DNA of 64,000 bases from an uncultured bacterium (GTDB lineage: Bacteria; Acidobacteriota; Thermoanaerobaculia; Multivoradales; JAHZIX01). The notes beneath the pieces were generated by a model that was not told the DNA's origin, ran no database searches, and saw only the letters and a program-made list of their open reading frames with translations. A program made the translations under genes and the position numbers. Within the stretch, counting starts at the first letter, position 1, and the number at the start of each line of letters is the position of its first letter. Where the stretch lies: assembly GCA_965368975.1 (NCBI GenBank), contig CBDUPA010000005.1:160001-224000 (forward strand), read 5' to 3'. This document shows positions 1 to 8,214 of this stretch, one piece after another.

Positions 1-953
1 AGCAGCAGTGCGGGCGCGGCCACCTCGCCCCAGCCGGTGGCGATCGGCCAGTCGTCGTAATCGAGTACCAGCGGATCCGGCCACACGGCCAGGCGCAGGT
101 AGTGGACGACGACGCCAGCCTGCGTGCGCAGGTAGTCGAGCGCCGTCAGGTCGGCAAAGCCGAAGCCGGCGGAGGCACTGCGCGAACCGGTGCTGACGAG
201 CAGCGCCAAGAGGCCCCAGCAAGCCGCTAGACCGCCGTAGAGCGGGCCGCGTTGACGCAGGGCGCCGAGCCACGAGCCGGCGAGGAAGAGGCGATCGAAG
301 ATCAGCACCAGGATCGGGGCGACGACCATCACTTCCTTGGATGCCATGCCCGCCGCGCAGGCGATGACCGCGGCTAGCCACCAGCCCTTGGCGTCGTTGT
401 TCTCGCTGGTGCGACCTTTGTCGTCGCCCTCGCGGCTGCCATGCGCACGAAGTACGCAGTAGAAGGTCAGCAGAAAGCAGACGCTGAACAGCAGTTCCGT
501 GCGCTGGATGGTGTAGGCCACCGCCTCACTGAGCAGCGGGTGCAGTGCCCACAGCAGCGCGGCCAGAAAGGCTAGCCAGCGCGCCTGCTCGACGGTGAAG
601 CGGTCATCAAAGATAGGCAGCGTCGAGGTGCGGCAGACGAGGGCGAAGAGCAGCAGTGCGGCGGCCAGATGCAGCAGCAGGTTGACCACGTGATAGCCGG
701 TCGGATCGAGGCCGCCGAACGCGTAGTTGACCGCGAGCGTCAAGCTGGTCAGCGGCCGGCCGGTGAGAGGCGAGTTGTCTGGCGTGTCGAAGGCCGTGGA
801 CAGCGAGCGGATGCTCGGGTTCTCGACGATCGCCCGTTCGTCGTCGAACAGAAAGGGGCCGTCGAAGCTGCCCAGGTAGACGGCGGCGACCGCCAGGATC
901 AGGACCAGCGGTAGCCAGCGGGTCCAGGTGGAGGTGGTCGTGGTTTCAGTCAT
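1..953 (-). CDS. TMTC-like (GT-C fold) membrane glycosyltransferase, runs off the window edge
   Basis: Not in the ORF track because no stop lies in the window. Manual translation: MTETTTTSTWTRWLPLVLILAVAAVYLGSFDGPFLFDDERAIVENPSIR...GRPLTSLTLAVNYAFGGLDPTGYHVVNLLLH...ALHPLLSEAVAYTIQRTELL...ASKEVMV. DD loop, RP, HP and SKE motifs. AGGA upstream of the ATG at 953. Confidence 0.8.
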   Translation of the reverse strand, partial: MTETTTTSTWTRWLPLVLILAVAAVYLGSFDGPFLFDDERAIVENPSIRSLSTAFDTPDNSPLTGRPLTSLTLAVNYAFGGLDPTGYHVVNLLLHLAAALLLFALVCRTSTLPIFDDRFTVEQARWLAFLAALLWALHPLLSEAVAYTIQRTELLFSVCFLLTFYCVLRAHGSREGDDKGRTSENNDAKGWWLAAVIACAAGMASKEVMVVAPILVLIFDRLFLAGSWLGALRQRGPLYGGLAACWGLLALLVSTGSRSASAGFGFADLTALDYLRTQAGVVVHYLRLAVWPDPLVLDYDDWPIATGWGEVAAPALL

Positions 954-988
954 GATGTTTTCCTAGGTCAGGGCTGGGTCCGGATAGC

Positions 989-1014
989 GAATCTGGGTAG
1001 GGCAGGCCTCGCGC
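989..1014 (+). repeat. degenerate REP-like remnant
   Basis: GAATCTGGGTAGGGCAGGCCTCGCGC resembles the TTCTGGGTAGGGGCRGSC start of the REPs at 42726 and 57519 (reverse strand); hairpin incomplete. Confidence 0.4.
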
Positions 1015-1016
1015 TC

Positions 1017-3233
1017 TCATTCCCCTGTCAACGCCTCGAGTTGCTGTTCAATTCCTTCGATCAGTTCCGGCGGCCCCTGCTGGCGCGCCAGCTGCAGCGC
1101 CAGCTCCAGCTCGGCGCCGCCGCCCCGCGTTTCGCCGCTCTGCAAAAGCGCCTGCGCCAGCATGACGCGCGCGCGCGGGTCGCGCGGCTGTAGGGTGACG
1201 CCGTTGCGCAGATGCTGCACTGCCTCGCCGGCACGCCCCCGGGTCAGCAACGCGACACCGTAGCTGAGCTGGGCGGCGGCGTTGTTCGGGTCGAGACGCA
1301 GGCCCTCGGCATAGGAGGCGAGGGCCGCTTCATCGTTGCCGCTGGCGCTCAGAGCGGCGCCCAGATTGACGTGCGCTTCCGCCAGATCCGGCTGCAGCCC
1401 GACGGCGCGTCGCAGGGCTGTCACGGCCGCCGCGTCGTCACCGGTGCCGAGCAGCGACGTCCCAAGGTTGAAATACGCCTGCGCCATGTTCGGGCCGAGC
1501 TCGACGGCGCGCCGGAACGCCGCCAAGGCCTCGGCAGGGCGATGGCCGGTTTCCAGACTGAGCCCGCGGCGCAGATGTAGCTGCGCTTCCTCGGGCTCCA
1601 GTTCCAGCGCTTCGTCGTAGAGCACCAAGGCTTCTTGCCAGGCGCCTCGTTGGCGCAACAAGTCGCCGAGAGCGGCGCGTGGTGCAACCAGATTCGGCGC
1701 CAGAAGGGCGGCACGACGCAGAGACGCTTCCGCCTCCTGGATACGTCCCTGCTCGAGCAGGAGATTGCCCAGGCCGAGGTGCGCCTCGGCGTACTCTGGA
1801 TGGATGCGCAGGGCCTCGGTATAGGCCGCCAACGCCTCGTCCGTGCGCCCCGCACGTGCCAGCGCTTGTGCCCGACCCTGGTGGGCGATCTCGGACACCG
1901 GATTGCTACGGGCCCACTGGCTGTGGAAGGCCAGTGGGTCGCGGAAGTGGACGCCGCGATGGAAGCTGGTAGCCGCGGCCAGCACCACCAGGACTCCGAG
2001 CAGGGCGGTCCGTCGGTGGCTCGCCGTACCCGTCCAGCTGACCTGACGGCTGAGTAGCGCCGCCGCTGGTGCCAGCAGTCCGAAGGCGGCGAGGAAGATG
2101 TAGCGCTCGGAGAACGGCGCTTCCTGCACCAGCAAGTTGGCGGTGGCCAGCTGGGTGAGGATGAACCAGGCGGCGGCGAAGAGCGTCAGCTTGCCGAGAT
2201 CCTCGCGCCGCCGCCACAATCCGCGCAGCAAGACGACGAGCAGCGCCGCGGCCAGCGTCAGGCGCAGCGGCGACACCCACACGGCCAGGGGCGGCTCGTA
2301 GTTGAGCTGCCAGAACGGCACGATCAGCGCTTGCAGCGCGTAGACGTAGGACAGTGGTGGCACCCAGGGGCGCTCCAGCACCGCGAGCTCGAACTCCTGG
2401 CCCCCGAACAGGGCCTGGCGCGCGGTGAAGTAGACGATCACGACCAAGGCCATGCCGCCGTAGCGTGCAGCGCGGTGGAACCAGGTCGAAGATGCGTGCG
2501 GCTCGTGGAGCTTCAGGAGCTCGGCCAGGAGCAGGAGCGCGGGCAGCACCACCATCTGCTCCTTACCGAACAGGGCGCCAGCGAAGGCCACGACGGTGAG
2601 CGCTGACCACAGCCAGCCCGAGCGCAGGAAGGCGTAGAGCGTGCACACGGCGAAGACTGCCGGCAGCAGCGTTTCGCGTCCCGACGCCGCCGGATAGACG
2701 CACGACGAGGCCACCGGGTGCAGGGCGAACAGCATCGCCGCGGCGAGTGAAGGCACGCGGCTGATCTGCCTGCCGGACGCCAGGCGCGGCTGGCGGAGCA
2801 CGCCGTAGGTCACCAGGCACAGCAGGCCGGCGAGCAGGGCGTTGAAGGCATGGAACGGGAAGGGGTCGTTGCCGTGCAGGGCCTTCTGCACCAGCAGCGT
2901 GGCGCGCGTCACCGGCCGGTAGTAGGCCAATCCCGGGAAGTGACGCTCGGCAAAGTAGCCGGCAACGTCTCCCAGGCTCTCGGGCGGCTGCTGCACCAGG
3001 ATCACCTCGACATCGTCGTAGATGAACGCATTGGGCGCCGCGGCGATGGCATAGCCGATGGTGATCAGCAGAGCCGCCAGTGCCGGTAGCCAGGGTCGCC
3101 ACCACGCCGGCACATGCCCCTGTCCGGCATCGGCCGCTGCTTCCGCTTTCGACCCTGCAGAGGGCGAAACGGGCGATGGGGATGCCGGCAGGGGAGCTTT
3201 CTTGTTGGGCTTCTTGCGCTTACGTCGAGCCAT
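1017..3233 (-). CDS. TMTC-like GT-C membrane glycosyltransferase with C-terminal TPR array
   Basis: AFIYDDVEVI loop, YYRPVT, LHPVASSCV, GKEQ and ERYIFL motifs, multiple TM helices, then many TPR repeats. Confidence 0.8.
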   Translation of the reverse strand: MARRKRKKPNKKAPLPASPSPVSPSAGSKAEAAADAGQGHVPAWWRPWLPALAALLITIGYAIAAAPNAFIYDDVEVILVQQPPESLGDVAGYFAERHFPGLAYYRPVTRATLLVQKALHGNDPFPFHAFNALLAGLLCLVTYGVLRQPRLASGRQISRVPSLAAAMLFALHPVASSCVYPAASGRETLLPAVFAVCTLYAFLRSGWLWSALTVVAFAGALFGKEQMVVLPALLLLAELLKLHEPHASSTWFHRAARYGGMALVVIVYFTARQALFGGQEFELAVLERPWVPPLSYVYALQALIVPFWQLNYEPPLAVWVSPLRLTLAAALLVVLLRGLWRRREDLGKLTLFAAAWFILTQLATANLLVQEAPFSERYIFLAAFGLLAPAAALLSRQVSWTGTASHRRTALLGVLVVLAAATSFHRGVHFRDPLAFHSQWARSNPVSEIAHQGRAQALARAGRTDEALAAYTEALRIHPEYAEAHLGLGNLLLEQGRIQEAEASLRRAALLAPNLVAPRAALGDLLRQRGAWQEALVLYDEALELEPEEAQLHLRRGLSLETGHRPAEALAAFRRAVELGPNMAQAYFNLGTSLLGTGDDAAAVTALRRAVGLQPDLAEAHVNLGAALSASGNDEAALASYAEGLRLDPNNAAAQLSYGVALLTRGRAGEAVQHLRNGVTLQPRDPRARVMLAQALLQSGETRGGGAELELALQLARQQGPPELIEGIEQQLEALTGE

Positions 3234-3311
3234 GGGGCCGGCAGTATATCGGGACTCCGTGCTAAACTGTATCTTCTGCCGCCCGCCCCCCGACGCCGCT
3301 TCAACCTCCGC

Positions 3312-5105
3312 ATGAATACCACCCGAGCTGTCTTCGCGCTGTCGCTGCTTTCCTGCCTCGCCCAGGCTTGTCTTCCGGCCGCCGACCAGGGGGCATCAGG
3401 TCGTGACGCCGTGGGGCGCGATGCAGGGGCGAAAGCGGGTCTCTTCATCGACGCTAGCGAGCGCGCCGGGCTCGATTTCGAGCACGTCAACGGCATGCAG
3501 GGGCAGCTAACGATCATCGAGATCATGGGGCCAGGTGCCGGTCTCTTCGACGCCGACGGGGACGGCGATCTCGATCTGTTGCTGCCGCAAGGTCATCCGC
3601 TGGTGCCAGGTTGGAAGCCGCAAGCGAATGACACGGCGCATCCTCGCTTCTACCGCAACCAGTTGCGCGAGAGTGGTGAGCTACGGTTCGTCGACGCCAG
3701 TGTCGAGGCTGGTTTCTCACAGTCTGCCGGGCACGGTTACGGTGTGGGTGTCGCCACGGGAGACGTCGACGGTGACGGCCACGTCGACCTGCTGATCACC
3801 CACCACGGACCTGACGTGCTGTGGCGCAATCGCGGTGACGGGACCTTCGAGCCGCGCACGCTTCCTGGCACGGACGGCTGGAGTACTGGCGCCACCTTCG
3901 CCGACCTCGACCGCGACGGCGACCTCGATCTCTTCGTGGTCGGCTACATCGAGCAGAATCTCGACACCCTCCGGCCCTGCCGCTCCGAGAGCGGCGCGCT
4001 CGACTACTGCCGGCCGACGCTGTGGCCACCGGTGCAGGATCGTCTCTACCGCAATGACGGTGATGGTGGCTTCGAAGACGTGACCGCCGAGGTCGGCATG
4101 GATGTCCGCGCCGGGGGCACGACCGGCGCCGGTCTCGGCGTCATCGCGGCCGACCTCGACGACGATGGTCGACTCGACCTCTACGTCGCCAACGACGGCA
4201 TGGCCAACCAGCTGTGGCACCAGCAAGACGATGGCACGTTCGACGATCTCGGTGCCCTTTCCGGAACCGCTTTCAACCGCGAAGGCAAGGCTGAGGCGGG
4301 GATGGGCGTCGATGCGCAGGACTATGACCTCGACGGCGACCTCGACCTCTTCGTCACCCACCTCGCCGGTGAGACCAACACGCTCTATGTGAACGCTGGG
4401 GACCTGCTGTTCGACGATCGCACCCCGGCTTCCGGCCTCGGCCCGCCGAGCCTGCCCTTCACCTCGTTCGGCACCCGCTGGCTCGACGTCGACTTCGACA
4501 ACCGACTCGACCTGCTGGTGGTCAGCGGTGAGGTGCGGCACCTGCAGGCGCAGCGCGAAGCCGGGATCGAGCTGCCGCTGCGCCAGCCGTCGCAGCTCTT
4601 CGTGCAGGCAAGAACGAATTCGGGCGAACCGCGCTACCGCGACGCCACGACCGATGGTGGCCTTCCCCTCGGCGAGCCGCGTGTCTATCGTGCGGCTGCC
4701 TTCGGGGATCTCGACGACGACGGGGACACCGATGCCGTGGTGACGGTCAACAACGGGGCCGCCCGCGTCTGGCTCCGCGCCGGCAGCCCTAGAGGGCCCT
4801 GGACCGGTCTGCGCCTGATCGAGGGCATATCGATCAAGGGTGCCATCGTTGAACGGGACTTGCTCGGTGCCGAAGTTTGGGTGGTTCTCGACGACGGTAC
4901 GACCCTGCGCCGGCGTGCGCACAGCGACGGCAGCTACCTCGCGGCGCACGACCCGCGTATCCTGGTAGTCGGGCGGGTCGAGTATGCCGAGGTGCATTGG
5001 CCGGACGACCGGGCCAGCCTGCCACGTAAAGAGATCTTCAGCGGTCTCGAGCCCAACCGCTACCACGCGCTCCGCCGAGGGGCCGGAGAGCCAGCTTCTG
5101 AATGA
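3312..5105 (+). CDS. CRTAC1-family protein (FG-GAP/VCBS repeats plus ASPIC/UnbV domain), probable lipoprotein
   Basis: Repeated DxDxDGxxDL Ca-binding motifs, GMGVDAQDYD, RAAAFGDLDDDGDTD, C-terminal DGSYLAAHDPR/VHWPD; signal peptide ending AQAC. Start moved to ATG 3312. Confidence 0.88.
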   Translation: MNTTRAVFALSLLSCLAQACLPAADQGASGRDAVGRDAGAKAGLFIDASERAGLDFEHVNGMQGQLTIIEIMGPGAGLFDADGDGDLDLLLPQGHPLVPGWKPQANDTAHPRFYRNQLRESGELRFVDASVEAGFSQSAGHGYGVGVATGDVDGDGHVDLLITHHGPDVLWRNRGDGTFEPRTLPGTDGWSTGATFADLDRDGDLDLFVVGYIEQNLDTLRPCRSESGALDYCRPTLWPPVQDRLYRNDGDGGFEDVTAEVGMDVRAGGTTGAGLGVIAADLDDDGRLDLYVANDGMANQLWHQQDDGTFDDLGALSGTAFNREGKAEAGMGVDAQDYDLDGDLDLFVTHLAGETNTLYVNAGDLLFDDRTPASGLGPPSLPFTSFGTRWLDVDFDNRLDLLVVSGEVRHLQAQREAGIELPLRQPSQLFVQARTNSGEPRYRDATTDGGLPLGEPRVYRAAAFGDLDDDGDTDAVVTVNNGAARVWLRAGSPRGPWTGLRLIEGISIKGAIVERDLLGAEVWVVLDDGTTLRRRAHSDGSYLAAHDPRILVVGRVEYAEVHWPDDRASLPRKEIFSGLEPNRYHALRRGAGEPASE

Positions 5106-5115
5106 GAGTATCCGC

Positions 5116-6810
5116 ATGAAATCCCAAGCCTCCCTTGCCGCTACGCTGTTCCTCTTCACGGGGCTACTCACCCTGACCGCGTGCGGTGACTCGCCGAGTG
5201 CCGACCGTCCACCCTCCGAAGGACCGCCGACGGCTCCCGCACCCGTGCCCGAGCCGTCCCTCGACGCATTGTCGGCATCGGTGCAAGAGCAGTTGCGGGA
5301 GCGCCGCGCCTGGTTTCAGCGTACCCTCGGCGACCCCGAGCTGAGTCAGGAACTGCGTGCCGAGGCCTACGGTGAGATCGGTGCCCTGTACGACGCTTAC
5401 AGTCTCAACGCCGCCGCCATCGTCGCCTACCGCAACGCCTGGCGTCTGGCGCCGGACGACTTCCGCTGGCCCTACTACCTCGGCCAGGTACAGCGGGCGG
5501 AGAATCGCCCCGACGAAGCCGCCGACTACTTGCGGCAGGCGCAGCAGCGGGCTCCGGACGACGTACCCACGCGAGTCCGTCTGGGAGAAGTGTTGCTCGA
5601 TCTGAACCTGCCCGAGGAAGCCGCCGAGCATCTGCAGCGTGCCGCGGAACTGGACCCCAACAACACGCCCGCTCACTTCAACCTCGGCCAGATCGCGCTC
5701 AGCGCCGGCAATGCGGCTGAAGCCGTCGAGCACTTCCGCAAGGTCCTGGCTGCCGATCCACAGGCCACGGCCGTCCACTACCCACTCGGGCTGGCCCTGC
5801 GACAGCAAGGCGATACCGAGGCCGCCGAGCGTCACCTGCAGCAGCGCGGCGACGGTGAACCCAAGCTGTCCGATCCGCTGCAACAACGTCTGTGGCAGCT
5901 GAGCGAGGGGCAGCAGCGCTTCCAAGCGATGGGAGAGCAAGCCGTGAGTGAGCAGAACTGGCAGGCCGCCGCTGAGGCTTTCGGCCAGGCGACGTTGCTC
6001 GATCCGCTCTACGTACGCCCGCGTCTGCGCCTGGTGGTCAGTCTGCTGCAACTCGGCCAGCCAGCGGCCGCGCACGGGCAACTGGAATCGATTCTGCGCA
6101 TCGATCCGGCGCAGCCTGTGGCGCACGCCCAGCTAGCCTTCCTGCTGGTGCGTGCCGGGGATCTGGAAGGCGCGCTCACGCACTACCAGGCGGCCACATC
6201 CTCTGACCCTGAGAACGTCCCGTACCGGCTCAGCTATGCTCACCTGCTGCGCGACTTCGGCCGCACACAGGAGGCCTTCCAGCAGTATCAAGAGGTCATT
6301 CAGCGCGCGGCCATCGAGACTCCGGAGCATGCCGATGCCCGCCGCAATGCAGTCGTGTGCCGGATCGCGCAGGGTGATGATGCCGGCGCTCGGCAACTGG
6401 TGCAGCAAAGCCTCGAGCTGCTGCCCGACGATCACGAACTGGCCCACATCTACGCCCGCCTGCTGGCGACTTCGAGTGACCCCACCGTGCGCGACCCTGA
6501 AGTTGCCCTGCGACTGGCCTCCGCCGTCGTGCAGCAGGCTGCCGGCCCCCAGCGCGCCGAAACCCTGGCCATGGCGCTGGCCGCCAGCGGGCGCTTCGGC
6601 GAAGCCGCCGAACTGCAGCAGCGCCTGCTCGACGCCACCACGGACGTCGAAGGCGCCGCTGCCGTGCGGCAGCGCCTGCAAGGCAACCTCGACCGCTACC
6701 GTCAAGACGAAACTGCCCTCGATCCATGGGGGCGTTCGACCCCGTCTACATCCACGAGCCCGTCCGCCCCGGGTACTCCTTCCGCCCCGACCGCAGGAGC
6801 CGATTCATGA
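5116..6810 (+). CDS. TPR-repeat lipoprotein
   Basis: Lipobox LTAC, many TPR repeats, Ser/Thr/Pro-rich C-terminal tail. Confidence 0.85.
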   Translation: MKSQASLAATLFLFTGLLTLTACGDSPSADRPPSEGPPTAPAPVPEPSLDALSASVQEQLRERRAWFQRTLGDPELSQELRAEAYGEIGALYDAYSLNAAAIVAYRNAWRLAPDDFRWPYYLGQVQRAENRPDEAADYLRQAQQRAPDDVPTRVRLGEVLLDLNLPEEAAEHLQRAAELDPNNTPAHFNLGQIALSAGNAAEAVEHFRKVLAADPQATAVHYPLGLALRQQGDTEAAERHLQQRGDGEPKLSDPLQQRLWQLSEGQQRFQAMGEQAVSEQNWQAAAEAFGQATLLDPLYVRPRLRLVVSLLQLGQPAAAHGQLESILRIDPAQPVAHAQLAFLLVRAGDLEGALTHYQAATSSDPENVPYRLSYAHLLRDFGRTQEAFQQYQEVIQRAAIETPEHADARRNAVVCRIAQGDDAGARQLVQQSLELLPDDHELAHIYARLLATSSDPTVRDPEVALRLASAVVQQAAGPQRAETLAMALAASGRFGEAAELQQRLLDATTDVEGAAAVRQRLQGNLDRYRQDETALDPWGRSTPSTSTSPSAPGTPSAPTAGADS

Positions 6811-7199
6811 GCACCAAGAAGACCATTGCCATTGTGGGAGCGTCCCGGATGCGCAACAAGTTCGGCAACAAATGCGTGCGCGCCTACCAGGCCGCCGGCT
6901 GGGACGTCTTTCCGATCAACCTCAACCCCAACGAGGGCGAGATCGAAGGTGTGCAGCCCCTGACCTCCGTGACCAAGGTCCCTGTTGATCTGGGCCGGAT
7001 CAGTGTCTACCTACCGCCACCCCTGACCCTCGAGCTGCTGCCCGAGATTGCCCAGAAGGGTGCCGAGGAACTGTGGCTCAACCCCGGCACTCACGACGAT
7101 GCCGTCTTGACCAAGGCCAAGGAACTGGGCCTCAACGCGATCCCCGCTTGCAGCATCGTCGACATTGGCTACTCGCCGTCGCAGTTCCCGGATGCATGA
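6807..7199 (+). CDS. CoA-binding protein (YccU-like)
   Basis: TIAIVGAS...KFGN, WLNPG, C-terminal ACSI; ATGA overlap with the upstream gene and AGGAG RBS. Confidence 0.88.
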   Translation: MSTKKTIAIVGASRMRNKFGNKCVRAYQAAGWDVFPINLNPNEGEIEGVQPLTSVTKVPVDLGRISVYLPPPLTLELLPEIAQKGAEELWLNPGTHDDAVLTKAKELGLNAIPACSIVDIGYSPSQFPDA

Positions 7200-7285
7200 C
7201 GAGAAGGGCTGAAAAATCTGAATAAATGGCCATGTATACTGAATGAAGCTCGTTTGAACTTACTTTGATTTGAGGCGGAGATCCC

Positions 7286-8161
7286 GTGACCCAAGCCACC
7301 GTAACGTCCGTAGCGAAGCCACCGATACCCACCCAAGATCAGCGCGAGCGCTGGAACGAAACCGCGGTCGCCTGGCACCGCTGGTACAAGGTTTTGGACC
7401 ACGGCAGCCGCGCCTGTACCGACCGCATGCTGCACTTGGCGCAGCTCGAAGCCGGCCACCAGGTACTCGACATCGCCACCGGCACCGGCGAGCCCGCGAT
7501 CAGTGCTGCTCGCCGTGTCGCTCCTGGAGGCCGCGTCGTCGCCATCGACGCCTCCGAGCGCATGCTCGACTTCGCCCGCCTGCGCGCCGCTGAACGGCAG
7601 ACCAACAACATCGTCTTTCGCTGTGCCGATGCCGGCAGCCTGGTCGACGACGCCAAGCCCATCTTCGACGCTGTCCTGAGCCGCTTCGGACTCATGCTGC
7701 TGCCCGACATCCCCACCACCCTGCAGCGCCTGCGCGGTGTCCTGCGCCCCGGCGGCCGCCTCGTCGCCGCCGTCTGGGACGTACCGCAACGCGTCCCCAT
7801 GATCTCCCTCTCCGCCCGCGTCGCCCGTCGCTTCGCCGATTTCCCCAACCCCGGCCCCACCGAACCAGGTGCCTTTCGGCTGTCGGATCGCGAAGAATTC
7901 AAGAGCCTGCTCGAAGCCGCCGGCTTCCAGGACGTCCAGCTCGAAGGCATCGACGTCATCTCCGAAGTCGCCGAGCCAAGGGACTACGCACGGTATCAGC
8001 TGGACATCAGCAGCACCTTGCGCGCTTTGATGGCCGAGCAGCCGGAGCTAGAGAGCGAAGTCGTACGGGCGCTGGAACGCGCGGCGCGTCACTTCGTCGA
8101 CGAAGACGGCCGCGTACGGATGGCGAACCGGGCGGTGGTAGCGTCAGCGACCGTTGGATGA
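7286..8161 (+). CDS. class I SAM-dependent methyltransferase
   Basis: VLDIATGTGE motif I, FDAVLSRFGLM, VLRPGGRL. Confidence 0.9.
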   Translation: MTQATVTSVAKPPIPTQDQRERWNETAVAWHRWYKVLDHGSRACTDRMLHLAQLEAGHQVLDIATGTGEPAISAARRVAPGGRVVAIDASERMLDFARLRAAERQTNNIVFRCADAGSLVDDAKPIFDAVLSRFGLMLLPDIPTTLQRLRGVLRPGGRLVAAVWDVPQRVPMISLSARVARRFADFPNPGPTEPGAFRLSDREEFKSLLEAAGFQDVQLEGIDVISEVAEPRDYARYQLDISSTLRALMAEQPELESEVVRALERAARHFVDEDGRVRMANRAVVASATVG

Positions 8162-8214
8162 TAGTGCTCAGTTGAGTAAGCCGGCTTATCGAGCGCGTTG
8201 CAGCCACGCCTGGG

